Shown here: piece after piece, positions 1 through 17,738 of the stretch
How positions within the stretch are numbered: the first letter of the stretch is position 1
Layout of the letters: every line of letters starts with the position of its first letter
NCBI GenBank assembly: GCA_964016885.1
Contig: OZ024742.1
Location: 32,116,001 to 32,180,000 of the forward strand
DNA: 64,000 bases
Reading direction: 5' to 3'
Source of the DNA: Eledone cirrhosa
Lineage: Eukaryota
The notes under the pieces: model-generated
What the model was told of the DNA's origin: nothing
What the model saw: only the letters and a program-made list of their open reading frames with translations
The model's database searches: none
Translations under genes and position numbers: made by a program

Positions 1-3000
1 AGACCACATTAGCAAAACCACAATAGCAAGACCACTTTAGCAAGACCACATTAGCAAGACCACTTTAGCAACACCACAATAGCAAGACCACTTTAGGAAG
101 ACCACACTAGCAAGACCACATTAGCAAGACCACTTTAGCAAGACCAGTTTAGCAAGAGCACATTAGCAAGACCACATTAGCAAGACCACTTTAGCAAGAG
201 CACATTAGCAAGACCACATTAGCAAGACCACAATAGCAAGACCACAATAGCAAGACCACATTAGCAAGAACACATTAGCAAGACCACACTATCAAGACCA
301 CAACAGCAAGACCACTTTAGCAAGACCACATTAGGAAGGCCACATTAGAAAGACCACAATAGCAAGACCACAATAGCAAGACCACATTAGCAAGACCACA
401 CTAGCAAGACCACACAAGCAAGACCACTTTAGCAAGACCACATTAGCAAGACCACAATAGCAAGAACACATTAGCAAGATCACAATAGCAAGACCACTTT
501 AGCAAGACCACAATAGCAAGACCACTTTAGCAAGACCACATTAGCAATACCACTTTAGCAAGACCACATTAGCAAGACCACTTTAGCAAGACCACATTAG
601 CAATACCACAATAGCAAAACCACATTAGCCAGACCACATTAGCAAGACCACTTTAGCAAGACCACAATAGCAAGACCACAATAGCAAGACCACATTAGCA
701 AGACCACATTAGCAAGACCACATTACCAAGATCACTTTAGCAAGACCACATTAGCAAGACCACACTAGCAACACCACAATAACAAGACCACTTGAGCAAG
801 ACCATATTAGCAAGACCACACTAGCAAGACCACATTAGCAAGACCACATTAGCAATACCATATTAGCAAGACCACATTACCAAGACCACTTTAGCAAGAC
901 CACATTAGGAAGGCCACATTAGCAAGACCACATTAACAAGACCACAATAGCAAGACCACAATAGGAAGACCACATTAGCAAGACCACGTTAGCAAGACCA
1001 CACTAGCAAGACCACAATAGCAAGACCACACTAGCAAGACCACAATAGCAAGACCACTTTAGCAAGACCACATTAGCATGACCACAATAGCAAGACCACT
1101 TTAGCAAAACCACATTAGCATGACCACATTAGCTAGACCACTTTTGCAAGACCACACTAGCAAGACCACACTAGCAAGACCACATTAGCAAGACCACTTT
1201 AGCAAGACCACAATGGCAATACCACTTTAGCAAGACCACACTAGCAAGACCACATTAGCAAGACCACATTAGCAAGACCACTTTAGCAAGAACACTTTAG
1301 CAAGAACACAATATCAAGACCACAATAGCAAGACCACATTACCAAGACCACAATAGCAAGACCACTTTAGCAAAAACACAATAGCAAGAACACAATAGCA
1401 AGACCACAATAGTAAGACCACATTAGCAATACCACGCTAGCAAGACCACATTAGCAAGACCACATTAGCAAGACCACAATAGCAAGACCACTTTAGCAAG
1501 ACCACATTAGAAAGACCACAATAGCAAGACTACATTAGCAAGACCACTTTAGCAAGACCACATTAGCAAGACCACAATAGCAAGAATACATTAGCAAGAC
1601 CACATTAGCAAGACCACTTTAGCATGACCATAATAGCAAGACCACTTTAGGAAGACCACACTAGCAAGACCACATTAGCAAGACCACTTTAGCAAGACCA
1701 CTTTAGCAAGAGCACATTAGCAAGAGCACATTAGCAAGACCACTTTAGAAAGAGCACATTAGCAAGACCGCATTAGCAAGACCACATTAGCAAGACCACA
1801 ATAGCAAGACCACATTAGCAAGACCACAATAGCAAGACCACATTAGCAATACCACAATAGCAAGAACACATTAGCAAGACCACATTAGCAAGACAACAAT
1901 AGCAAGACCACATTAGCAAGACCACATTAGCAAGACCACAATAGCAAAACCACATTAGCAAGACCACATTAGCAAGACCACAATAGCAAAACCACATTAG
2001 CAAGACCACTTTAGCAAGACCACATCAGCAAGATTACAATAGCAAGATCACTTTAGCAAAACCACATTAGCAAGACCACTTTAGCAAGACCACATTAGCA
2101 AGACCACAATAGCAAGACCACAATAGCAAGACCACATTAGCAAGAACACTTTAGCAAGAAAACAATAGCAAGACCACAATAGCAAGACCACATTACCAAG
2201 ACCACAATAGCAAGGCCACTTTAGCAAGAACACAATAGCAAGAACACAATAGCAAGACCACAATAGCAAGACCACATTAGCAAGACCACAATAGCAAGAC
2301 CACATTAGCAAGTACACAATAGCAAGACCACTTTAGCAAGACCACAATAGCAAGACCACATTAGCAAGACCACATTAGCAAGACCACATTAGCAAGACCA
2401 CACTAGCAAGACCACAATAGCAAGACCACTTTAGCAAGATCATATTAGCAAGACCTCAATAGCAAGACAACAATGGCAAGACCACATTAGCAAGACCACA
2501 TTAGCAAGACCACAATAGCAAGACCACATTAGCAAGACCACACTAGCAAAACCACTTTAGCAAGACCACAATAGCAAGACCACAATAGCAAAACCACATT
2601 AGCAAGACTACATTAGCAAGACCACTTTAGCAAGACCACAATAGCAAGACCACAATAGCAAGACCACAGTAGCAAGACCACAGTAGCAAGACCACAATAG
2701 CAAGACCACATTAGCAAGACAACAATAGCAAGACCACATTAGCAAGACCACTTTAGCAAGACCACATCAGCAAGATTACAATAGCAAGATCACTTTTGCA
2801 AAACCACATTAGCAAGACCACTTTAGCAAGACCACATTAGCAAGACCACAATAGCAAGACCACAATAGCAAGACCACATTAGCAAGAACACTTTAGCAAG
2901 AAAACAATAGCAAGACCACAATAGCAAGACCACATTACCAAGACCACAATAGCAAGGCCACTTTAGCAAGAACACAATAGCAAGAACACAATAGCAAGAC

Positions 3001-6000
3001 CACAATAGCAAGACCACATTAGCAAGACCACAATAGCAAGACCACATTAGCAAGTACACAATAGCAAGACCACTTTAGCAAGACCACAATAGCAAGACCA
3101 CATTAGCAAGACCACAATAGCAAGACCACATTAGCAAGACCACATTAGCAAGACCACATTAGCAAGACCACACTAGCAAGACCACAATAGCAAGACCACT
3201 TTAGCAAGATCATATTAGCAAGACCTCAATAGCAAGACAACAATGGCAAGACCACATTAGCAAGACCACATTAGCAAGACCACAATAGCAAGACCACATT
3301 AGCAAGACCACACTAGCAAGACCACTTTAGCAAGACCACAATAGCAAGACCACAATAGCAAAACCACATTAGCAAGACTACATTAGCAAGACCACTTTAG
3401 CAAGACCACAATAGCAAGAACACAATAGCAAGACCACATTAGCAAGACCACAGTAGCAAGACCACAATAGCAAGACCACATTAGCAAGACAACAATAGCA
3501 AGACCACATTAGCAAGACCACATTAGCAAGACCACAATAGCAAAACCACATTAGCAAGACCACATTAGCAAGACCACAATAGCAAAACCACATTAGCAAG
3601 ACCACTTTAGCAAGACCACATCAGCAAGATTACAATAGCAAGATCACTTTAGCAAAACCACATTAGCAAGACCACTTTAGCAAGACCACATTAGCAAGAC
3701 CACAATAGCAAGACCACAATAGCAAGACCACATTAGCAAGAACACTTTAGCAAGAAAACAATAGCAAGACCACAATAGCAAGACCACATTACCAAGACCA
3801 CAATAGCAAGGCCACTTTAGCAAGAACACAATAGCAAGAACACAATAGCAAGACCACAATAGCAAGACCACATTAGCAAGACCACAATAGCAAGACCACA
3901 TTAGCAAGTACACAATAGCAAGACCACTTTAGCAAGACCACAATAGCAAGACCACATTAGCAAGACCACAATAGCAAGACCACTATAGCAAGACCACATT
4001 AGCAAGACCACATTAGCAAGACCACACTAGCAAGACCACAATAGCAAGACCACTTTAGCAAGATCATATTAGCAAGACCTCAATAGCAAGACAACAATGG
4101 CAAGACCACATTAGCAAGACCACATTAGCAAGACCACAATAGCAAGACCACATTAGCAAGACCACACTAGCAAGACCACTTTAGCAAGACCACAATAGCA
4201 AGACCACAATAGCAAAACCACATTAGCAAGACTACATTAGCAAGACCACTTTAGCAAGACCACAATAGCAAGACCACAATAGCAAGACCACATTAGCAAG
4301 ACCACAGTAGCAAGACCACAATAGCAAGACCACATTAGCAAGACCACAATAGCAAGACCACATTAGCAAGAAAACTTTAGCAAGAAAACAATAGCAAGAC
4401 CTCTTTAGTAAGACCACATTAGCAAGACCACAATAGCAAGACCACAATAGCAAGACCACAATAGCAAGACCACATTAGCAAGACCACAATAGCAAGACCA
4501 CATTAGCAAGAACACTTTAGCAAGAAAACAATAGCAAGACCACAATAGCAAGACCATATTACCAAGACCACAATAGCAAGGCCACTTTAGCAAGAACACA
4601 ATAGCAAGAACACAATAGCAAGACCACAATAGCAAGACCACATTAGCAAGACCACAATAGCAAGACCACATTAGCAAGTACACAATAGCAAGACCACTTT
4701 AGCAAGACCACAATAGCAAGACCACATTAGCAAGACCACAATAGCAAGACCACATTAGCAAGACCACACTAGCAAGACCACAATAGCAAGACCACATTAG
4801 CAAGACCACAATCGCAAGACCACATTAGCAAGTACACATTAGCAAGACCACAATAGCAAGACCACATTAGCAAGACCACATTAGCAAGAGCACAATAGCC
4901 AGACCACATTAGCAAGACCACTTTAGCAAGACTACATTAGCAAGACCACAATAGCAAGACCCCATTAGCAAGACCACATTAGCAAGACCACATGAGCAAG
5001 ACCACACTAGCAAGACCACAATAGCAAGACCACTTTAGCAAGATCATATTAGCAAGACCTCAATAGCAAGACCACAATAGCAAAACCACATTAGCAAGAC
5101 CATATTAGCCAGACCACATTTCCAAGTCCACCTTAGCAAGACCACAATAGCAAGACCACATTAGCAAGACCACATTAGCAAGACCACACTAGCAAGACCA
5201 CAATAACAAGACCACATGAGCAAGACCACATTAGCAAGACCACATTAGGAAGGCCACATTAGCAAGACCACATTAGCAAGACCACATTACCAAGACCACA
5301 ATAGCAAGACCACTTTAGCAAGAACACAATAGCAAGAACACAATAGCAAGACCACAATAGCAAGACCTCATTAGCAAGACCACATTAGCAAGACCACAAT
5401 AGCAAGACCACATTAGCAAGACCACACTAGCAAGACCACTTTAGCAAGACCACAATAGCAAGACCACAATAGCAAAACCACATTAGCAAGACCACATTAC
5501 CAAGACCACTTTAGCAAGACCACATAACAAGACCACATTAGCAAGACCACATTAACAAGACCACATTAGCAAGACCACATTAGCAAGACCACATTAGCAA
5601 GAGCAAATTAGCAAGACCACAATAGCAAGACCACATTAGCAAGACCACAATAGCAAGACCACATTAGCAAGACCACTTTAGAAAGACCACATTAGAAAAA
5701 CCACAATAGCAAGACCACTTTAGCAAGACCACATTAGCAAGACCACTTTAGCAAGACCACTTTAGCAAGACCAGTTTAGCAAGAGCACATTAGCAAGACC
5801 ACATTAGCAAGACCACTTTAGCAAGAGCACATTAGCAAGACCACATTAGCAAGACCACAATAGCAAGACCACAATAGCAAGACCACATTAGCAAGACCAC
5901 ATTAGCAAGACCACACTATCAAGACCACAACAGCAAGACCACTTTAGCAAGACCACATTAGGAAGGCCACATTAGCATGACCACAATAGCAAGACCACAA

Positions 6001-9000
6001 TAGCAAGACCACATTAGCAAGACCACACTAGCAAGTCCACACAAGCAAGACCACTTTAGCAAGACCACATTAGCAAGACCACAATAGCAAGAACACATTA
6101 GCAAGATCACAATAGCAAGACCACTTTAGCAAGACCACAATAGCAAGACCACTTTAGCAAGACCACATTAGCAATACCACTTTAGCAAGACCACATTAGC
6201 AAGACCAATTTAGCAAGACCACATTAGCAATACCACAATAGCAAAACCACATTAGCCAGACCACATTAGCAAGACCACTTTAGCAAGACCACAATAGCAA
6301 GACCACAATAGCAAGACCACATTAGCAAGACCACATTAGCAAGACCACATTACCAAGATCACTTTAGCAAGACCACATTAGCAAGACCACACTAGCAACA
6401 CCACAATAACAAGACCACTTGAGCAAGACCATATTAGCAAGACCACACTAGCAAGACCACATTAGCAAGACCACATTAGCAATACCATATTAGCAAGACC
6501 ACATTACCAAGATCACTTTAGCAAGACCGCATTAGCAAGACCACGTTAGCAAGACCACAATAGCAAGACCACATTAGCAAGACCACATTAGCAAGACCAC
6601 ATTAGGAAGGCCACATTAGCAAGACCACATTAACAAGACCACAATAGCAAGACCACAATAGGAAGACCACATTAGCAAGACCACGTTAGCAAGACCACAC
6701 TAGCAAGACCACAATAGCAAGACCACACTAGCAAGACCACAATAGCAAGACCACTTTAGCAAGACCACATTAGCATGACCACAATAGCAAGACCACTTTA
6801 GCAAAACCACATTAGCAAGACCACATTAGCTAGACCACTTTTGCAAGACCACACTAGCAAGACCACACTAGCAAGACCACATTAGCAAGACCACTTTAGC
6901 AAGACCACAATGGCAATACCACTTTAGCAAGACCACACTAGCAAGACCACATTAGCAAGACCACATTAGCAAGACCACTTTAGCAAGAACACTTTAGCAA
7001 GAACACAATATCAAGACCACAATAGCAAGACCACATTACCAAGACCACAATAGCAAGACCACTTTAGCAAAAACACAATAGCAAGAACACAATAGCAAGA
7101 CCACAATAGCAAGACCACATTAGCAATACCACGCTAGCAAGACCACATTAGCAAGACCACATTAGCAAGACCACAATAGCAAGACCACATTAGCAAGACC
7201 ACATTAGAAAGACCACAATAGCAAGACTACATACGCAAGACCACTTTAGCAAGACCACATTAGCAAGACCACAATAGCAAGAACACATTAGCAAGACCAC
7301 ATTAGCAAGACCACTTTAGCATGACCACAATAGCAAGACCACTTTAGGAAGACCACACTAGCAAGACCACATTAGCAAGACCACTTTAGCAAGACCACTT
7401 TAGCAAGAGCACATTAGCAAGAGCACATTAGCAAGACCACTTTAGCAAGAGCACATTAGCAAGACCGCATTAGCAAGACCACATTAGCAAGACCACAATA
7501 GCAAGACCACATTAGCAAGACCACAATAGCAAGACCACATTAGCAATACCACAATAGCAAGAACACATTAGCAAGACCACATTAGCAAGACCACAATAGC
7601 AAGACCACATTAGCAAGACCACATTAGCAAGACCACAATAGCAAAACCACATTAGCAAGACCACATTAGCAAGACCACAATAGCAAAACCACATTAGCAA
7701 GACCACTTTAGCAAGACCACATCAGCAAGATTACAATAGCAAGATCACTTTAGCAAAACCACATTAGCAAGACCACTTTAGCAAGACCACATTAGCAAGA
7801 CCACAATAGCAAGACCACAATAGCAAGACCACATTAGCAAGAACACTTTAGCAAGAAAACAATAGCAAGACCACAATAGCAAGACCACATTACCAAGACC
7901 ACAATAACAAGGCCACTTTAGCAAGAACAAAATAGCAAGAACACAATAGCAAGACCACAATAGCAAGACCACATTAGCAAGACCACAATAGCAAGACCAC
8001 ATTAGCAAGTACACAATAGCAAGACCACTTTAGCAAGACCACAATAGCAAGACCACATTAGCAAGACCACAATAGCAAGACCACATTAGCAAGATCACAT
8101 TAGCAAGACCACATTAGCAAGACCACACTAGCAAGACCACAATAGCAAGACCACTTTAGCAAGATCATATTAGCAAGACCTCAATAGCAAGACAACAATG
8201 GCAAAACCACATTAGCAAGACCATATTAGCAAGACCACTTTAGCAAGACCACATTAGCAAGACCACACTAGCAAGACCACAATAACAAGACCACTTGAGC
8301 AAGACCATATTAGCAAGACCACATTAGGAAGACCACATTAGCAAGACCATATTAGCAAGACCACATTACCAAGACCACTTTAGCAAGACCACATTAGCAA
8401 GACCACATTAGCAAGACCACAATAGCAAGACCACATTAGCAAGACCACAATAGTAAGACCACATTAGCAAGACCACATTAGCAAGACCACATTAGGAAGG
8501 CCACATTAGCAAGACTACATTAGCAAGACCACTTTAGCAAGAGCACATTAGCAAGACCACATTAGCAAGACCATATTAGCAAGACCACAATAGCAAGACC
8601 ACATTAGCAAGACCACAATAGCAAGACCACATTAGCAAGTACACATTAGCAAGACCACAATAGCAAGACCATATTAGCAAGACCACATTAGCAAGACCAC
8701 AATAGCAAGACCACATTAGCAAGACCACAATAGCAAGACCACTTTAGCAAGACCACAATAGCAAGACCACAATAGCAAAACCACATTAGCAAGACCACAT
8801 TACCAAGACCACTTTAGCAAGACCACATAACAAGACCACATTAGCAAGACCACACTAGCAAGACCACTTTAGCAAGACCACAATAGCAAGACCACAATAG
8901 CAAAACCACATTAGCAAGACCACATTACCAAGACCACTTTAGCAAGACCACATAACAAGACCACATTAGCAAGACCACATTAACAAGACCACATTAGCAA

Positions 9001-12000
9001 GACCACATTAGCAAGACCACAATAGCAAGAACACAATAGCAAGACCACAATAGCAAGACCACACTAGCAAGACCACAATAGCAAGACCTCATTAGCAAGA
9101 CCACATTAGCAAGACCACAATAGCAAGACCACATTAGCAAGACCACACTAGCAAGACCACTTTAGCAAGACCACAATAGCAAGACCACAATAGCAAAACC
9201 ACATTAGCAAGACCACATTACCAAGACCACTTTAGCAAGACCACATAACAAGACCACATTAGCAAGACCACATTAACAAGACCACATTAGCAAGACCACA
9301 TTAGCAAGACCACATTAGCAAGAGCAAATTAGCAAGACCACAATAGCAAGACCACATTAGCAAGACCACAATAGCAAGACCACATTAGCAAGACCACTTT
9401 AGAAAGACCACATTAGAAAAACCACAATAGCAAGACCACTTTAGCAAGACCACATTAGCAAGACCACTTTAGCAACACCACAATAGCAAGACCACTTTAG
9501 GAAGACCACACTAGCAAGACCACATTAGCAAGACCACTTTAGCAAGACCAGTTTAGCAAGAGCACATTAGCAAGACCACATTAGCAAGACCACTTTAGCA
9601 AGAGCACATTAGCAAGACCACATTAGCAAGACCACAATAGCAAGACCACAATAGCAAGACCACATTAGCAAGACCACATTAGCAAGACCACACTATCAAG
9701 ACCACAACAGCAAGACCACTTTAGCAAGACCACATTAGGAAGGCCACATTAGCAAGACCACAATAGCAAGACCACAATAGCAAGACCACATTAGCAAGAC
9801 CACACTAGCAAGTCCACACAAGCAAGACCACTTTAGCAAGACCACATTAGCAAGACCACAATAGCAAGAACACATTAGCAAGATCACAATAGCAAGACCA
9901 CTTTAGCAAGACCACAATAGCAAGACCACTTTAGCAAGACCACATTAGCAATACCACTTTAGCAAGACCACATTAGCAAGACCACTTTAGCAAGACCACA
10001 TTAGCAATACCACAATAGCAAAACCACATTAGCCAGACCACATTAGCAAGACCACTTTAGCAAGACCACAATAGCAAGACCACAATAGCAAGACCACATT
10101 AGCAAGACCACATTAGCAAGACCACATTACCAAGATCACTTTAGCAAGACCACATTAGCAAGACCACACTAGCAACACCACAATAACAAGACCACTTGAG
10201 CAAGACCATATTAGCAAGACCACACTAGCAAGACCACATTAGCAAGACCACATTAGCAATACCATATTAGCAAGACCACATTACCAAGACCACTTTAGCA
10301 AGACCGCATTAGCAAGACCACGTTAGCAAGACCACAATAGCAAGACCACATTAGCAAGACCACATTAGCAAGACCACATTAGGAAGGCCACATTAGCAAG
10401 ACCACATTAACAAGACCACAATAGCAAGACCACAATAGAAAGACCACATTAGCAAGACCACGTTAGCAAGACCACACTAGCAAGACCACAATAGCAAGAC
10501 CACACTAGCAAGACCACACTAGCAAGACCACTTTAGCAAGACCACATTAGCATGACCACAATAGCAAGACCACTTTAGCAAAACCACATTAGCAAGACCA
10601 CATTAGCTAGACCACTTTTGCAAGACCACACTAGCAAGACCACACTAGCAAGACCACATTAGCAAGACCACTTTAGCAAGACCACAATGGCAATACCACT
10701 TTAGCAAGACCACACTAGCAAGACCACATTAGCAAGACCACATTAGCAAGACCACTTTAGCAAGAACACTTTAGCAAGAACACAATATCAAGACCACAAT
10801 AGCAAGACCACATTACCAAGACCACAATAGCAAGACCACTTTAGCAAAAACACAATAGCAAGAACACAATAGCAAGACCACAATAGCAAGACCACATTAG
10901 CAATACCACGCTAGCAAGACCACATTAGCAAGACCACATTAGCAAGACCACAATAGCAAGACCACATTAGCAAGACCACATTAGAAAGACCACAATAGCA
11001 AGACTACATACGCAAGACCACTTTAGCAAGACCACATTAGCAAGACCACAATAGCAAGAACACATTAGCAAGACCACATTAGCAAGACCACTTTAACATG
11101 ACCACAATAGCAAGACCACTTTAGGAAGACCACACTAGCAAGACCACATTAGCAAGACCACTTTAGCAAGACCACTTTAGCAAGAGCACATTAGCAAGAG
11201 CACATTAGCAAGACCACTTTAGCAAGAGCACATTAGCAAGACCGCATTAGCAAGACCACATTAGCAAGACCACAATAGCAAGACCACATTAGCAAGACCA
11301 CAATAGCAAGACCACATTAGCAATACCACAATAGCAAGAACACATTAGCAAGACCACATTAGCAAGACCACAATAGCAAGACCACATTAGCAAGACCACA
11401 TTAGCAAGACCACAATAGCAAAACCACATTAGCAAGACCACATTAGCAAGACCACAATAGCAAAACCACATTAGCAAGACCACTTTAGCAAGACCACATC
11501 AGCAAGATTACAATAGCAAGATCACTTTAGCAAAACCACATTAGCAAGACCACTTTAGCAAGACCACATTAGCAAGACCACAATAGCAAGACCACAATAG
11601 CAAGACCACATTAGCAAGAACACTTTAGCAAGAAAACAATAGCAAGACCACAATAGCAAGACCACATTACCAAGACCACAATAGCAAGGCCACTTTAGCA
11701 AGAACACAATAGCAAGAACACAATAGCAAGACCACAATAGCAAACCACATTAGCAAGACCACAATAGCAAGACCACATTAGCAAGTACACAATAGCAAGA
11801 CCACTTTAGCAAGACCACAATAGCAAGACCACATTAGCAAGACCACAATAGCAAGACCACATTAGCAAGACCACATTAGCAAGACCACATTAACAAGACC
11901 ACACTAGCAAGACCACAATAGCAAGACCACTTTAGCAAGATCATATTAGCAAGACCTCAATAGCAAGACAACAATGGCAAGACCACATTAGCAAGACCAT

Positions 12001-15000
12001 ATTAGCAAGACCACTTTAGCAAGACCACATTAGCAAGACCACACTAGCAAGACCACAATAACAAGACCACTTGAGCAAGACCATATTAGCAAGACCACAT
12101 TAGGAAGACCACATTAGCAAGACCATATTAGCAAGACCACATTACCAAGACCACTTTAGCAAGACCACATTAGCAAGACCACATTAGCAAGACCACAATA
12201 GCAAGACCACATTAGCAAGACCACAATAGCAAGACCACATTAGCAAGACCACATTAGCAAGACCACATTAGGAAGGCCACATTAGCAAGACTACATTAGC
12301 AAGACCACTTTAGCAAGAGCACATTAGCAAGACCACATTAGCAAGACCACATTAGCAAGACCACAATAGCAAGACCACATTAGCAAGACCACAATAGCAA
12401 GACCACATTAGCAAGTACACATTAGCAAGACCACAATAGCAAGACCATATTAGCAAGACCACATTAGCAAGACCACAATAGCAAGACCACATTAGCAAGA
12501 CCACAATAGCAAGACCACTTTAGCAAGATCATATTAGCAAGACCTCAATAGCAAGACAACAATAGCAAGACCACATTAGCAAGACCATATTAGCAAGACC
12601 ACACTAGCAAGACCACAATAACAAGACCACTTGAGCAAGACCATATTAGCAAGACCACATTAGGAAGACCACATTAGCAAGACCATATTAGCAAGACCAC
12701 ATTACCAAGACCACTTTAGCAAGACCACATTAGCAAGACCACATTAGCAAGACCACAATAGCAAGACCACATTAGCAAGACCACAATAGCAAGACCACAT
12801 TAGCAAGACCACATTAGCAAGACCACATTAGGAAGGCCACATTAGCAAGACCACATTAGCAAGACCACTTTAGCAAGAGCACATTAGCAAGACCACATTA
12901 GCAAGACCACATTAGCAAGACCAAAATGGCACGACCACATTAGCAAGACCACAATAGCAAGACCACATTAGCAAGACCACAATAGCAAGACCACATTAGC
13001 AAGTACACATTAGCAAGACCACAATAGCAAGACCACATTAGCAAGACCACATTAGCAAGAGCACAATAGCCAGACCACATTAGCAAGACCACTTTAGCAA
13101 GACCACATTAGCAAGACCACAATAGCAAGACCCCATTAGCAAGACCACATTAGCAAGACCACATTAGAAAGTCCACACTAGCAAGACCACAATAGCAAGA
13201 CCACAATAACAAGACCACTTGAGCAAGACCACTTTAGCAAGACCACATTAGGAAGGCCACATTAGCAAGACCACATTAGCAAGACCACATTACCAAGACC
13301 ACAATAGCAAGACCACATTAGCAAGACCACAATAGCAAGACCACTTTAGCAAGAACACAATAGCAAGAACACAATAGCAAGACCACAATAGCATTACCTC
13401 AATAGCAAGACCACAATAGCAAGACCACACTAGCAAGACCACATTAGCAAGACCACATTAGCAAGACCACACTAGCAAGACCACAATAGCAAGACCACAT
13501 TAGCAAGACCACATTAGGAAGGCCACATTAGCAAGACCACAATAGCAAGACCACACTAGCAAGACCACAATAGCAAGACCACATTATCAAGACCACATTA
13601 GCAAGACCACAATAGCAAAACCACATTAGCAAGACCACATTAGCAAGACCACTTTAGCAAGACCACAATAGCAAGACCACAATAGCAAAACCACATTAGC
13701 AAGACCACATTAGCAAGACCACTTTAGCAAGACCACAATAGCAAGACCACAATAGCAAGACCACATTAGCAAGACCACAGTAGCAAGACCACATTACCAA
13801 GACCACTTTAGCAAGACCACATTAGCAAGACCACATTAGCAAGACCACATTAACAAGACCACTTTAGCAAGACCACATTAGCAAGACCACATTAGCAACA
13901 GCAAATTAGCAAGACCACAGTAGCAAGACCACATTAGCAAGACCACACTAGCAAGACCACACTAGCAAGACCACATTAGCAAGACCACATTAGCAAGACC
14001 ACAATAGCAAGACCACATTAGCAAGACCACATTAGCAAGACCACATTAGCAAGACCACATTAGCAAGACCACCTTAGCAAGACCACATTAGCAAGACCAC
14101 AATAGCAAAACCACATTAGAAAGACCACATTAGCAAGACCACTTTAGCAAGACCACAATAGCAAGACCACAATAGCAAGACCACATTAGCAAGACCACAT
14201 TAGCAAGACCACATTACCAAGACCACTTTAGCAAGACCACATTAGCAAGACCACACTAGCAACACCACAATAACAAGACCACTTGAGCAAGACCATATTA
14301 GCAAGACCACACTAGCAAGACCACATTACCAAGACCACATTAGCAATACAATATTAGCAAGACCACATTACCAAGACCACTTTAGCAAGACCGCATTAGC
14401 AAGACCACGTTAGCAAGACCACAATAGCAAGACCACATTAGCAAGACCACATTAGCAAGACCACATTAGGAAGGCCACATTAGCAAGACCACATTAACAA
14501 GACCACATTAGCAAGACCACAATAGCAAGACCACATTAGCAAGACCACATTAGCAAGACCACACTAGCAAGACCACAATAGCAAGACCACACTAGCAAGA
14601 CCACAATGGCAAGACCACTTTATCAAGACCACATTAGCATGACCACAATAGCAAGGCCACTTTAGCAAAACCACATTATCATGACCACATTAGCCAGACC
14701 ACTTTTGCAAGACCACACTAGCAAGACCACACTAGCAAGACCACATTAGCAAGACCACTTTAGCAAGACCACAATGGCAAGACCACTTTAGCAAGACCAC
14801 ACTAGCAAGACCACATTAGCAAGACCACATTAGCAAGACCACTTTAGCAAGAACACAATAGCAAGACCACATTAGCAAGACCACATTAGCAAGACCACAA
14901 TAGCAAGACCACTTTAGCAAGACCACACTAGTAAGACCACAATAGCAAGACCACAATAGCAAGACCACAATAGCAAGACCACATTAGCAAGACCACATTA

Positions 15001-15007
15001 GCAAGAC
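1..15007. repeat. 14-bp satellite array (TAGCAAGACCACAT consensus), runs off the left edge
   Basis: Continuous tandem 14-mers (>1000 units). Variants CAC[AT/AA/TT/AC]TAG. Rare variant strings recur at multi-kb spacing. Confidence 0.98.
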
Positions 15008-15111
15008 TTTCTTACAAAGTATAAAATAATTGAATGACTGCATCACAATAAAAATTGAAGTCTTTAATGTTGCAAATTTTCACAACAATCTGTCTGTCCA
15101 GTAGTAAATCT

Positions 15112-15167
15112 TGTGCCAGGGAATCGAACCGACGACATTACGATCGTATGTCAAATATCCTAACCAC
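15112..15167 (-). mobile_element. tRNA-derived SINE head fragment
   Basis: gggaatcgaacc is a reverse-complement B-box (GGTTCGATTCCC). Resembles the head of the SINE at 39950-40010. Confidence 0.55.
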
Positions 15168-15336
15168 CTTCCCTATAGTAATAGAGGTCGTTCTGTATTT
15201 GATCACAAGTTAGGTTACCTTGATCCCTAACTAAATATAACTCACCAGACATTAATAATATTAGCTGCAACAGCAGCATAAACAACTGTAATGATAAAAT
15301 TGTAATAAAACGAGAGCAAAAGAGTAACCGAAGTAT

Positions 15337-15732
15337 ATGATGATGATGATGATGGTGAAGATGATGGTGGAGTTGATGGTGGTGGTGATAGTGGTGGTGG
15401 TGATGATGGTGATGGTAGTGGTGATGGTGGTGATGGTGGTGATTGTGGTGGTGATGATGGTGGTGATGATGTTGATGATGGTGGTGGTGGTGGTGGTGGT
15501 GGTGATGATGATGGTGGTGGTGGTGGTGGTGGTGGTGGTGGTGGTGGTTGTGGAGGTGGTGGTGGTGGTGGTGGTGATGGTGGTGATGGTGGTGGTAATG
15601 ATGGTGGTGATGGCGACGATGGTGATGATGGTGGTGATGATGATCGTGATGACGATGAGGATGTTGATGATGATGGTAGTGATAATGGTGGTGATGATGG
15701 TGATGATGATGATGATGATGATGATGATGTTG

Positions 15733-15764
<32 letters not shown>

Positions 15765-15780
15765 GATGATGATGATGATG
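15337..15780. repeat. (GAT/GGT)n compound microsatellite
   Basis: Direct inspection; the M/V ORF is an artefact. Confidence 0.95.
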
Positions 15781-16098
15781 AGAAGTAATAAAGTATTCTT
15801 AATGAAATTACGTTTTCAATTTATATAGGCAATTTATATTTGCAAATGGAAATGAATTGATTCGCAATTATCTTTCTGAATCGCATTGAAGCAGAATAAA
15901 ATTAATGAAAGGGTAACAAAAACAAAGAAAATAGAGAAATAAAACAATAGAAAAGAAAGGAAAGAAAGAAGAATATTTATAGCAATATCAGTCTAAATAT
16001 TCTTTATTGATGAAGCTGAATTAATAGAAAGGCAATCATTTCAGATTGTTATACCCACAGAACAGCTTTATAGAGTAATATATATATATATAAATATA

Positions 16099-16152
16099 TA
16101 TTTCGTTTCTGAATTTCTGAATCTTATTGGCAACATGACCCTCCCAAAGCAT

Positions 16153-16160
<8 letters not shown>
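16099..16160. mobile_element. Minimal inverted Penelope-like insertion scar
   Basis: tttcgtttctgaattt is the reverse complement of 48880-48895; tcttattggcaacatgaccctcccaaagcataacaatat matches 48800-48838 with 1 mismatch. (TA)n on both sides. Confidence 0.8.
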
Positions 16161-17730
<1,570 letters not shown>

Positions 17731-17738
17731 GAGAGAGA

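Noticed and set aside
1815-11743. Cys/Leu-rich ORFs in the 14-bp satellite
   Set aside because: They are translations of tandem repeats with no independent coding signal.
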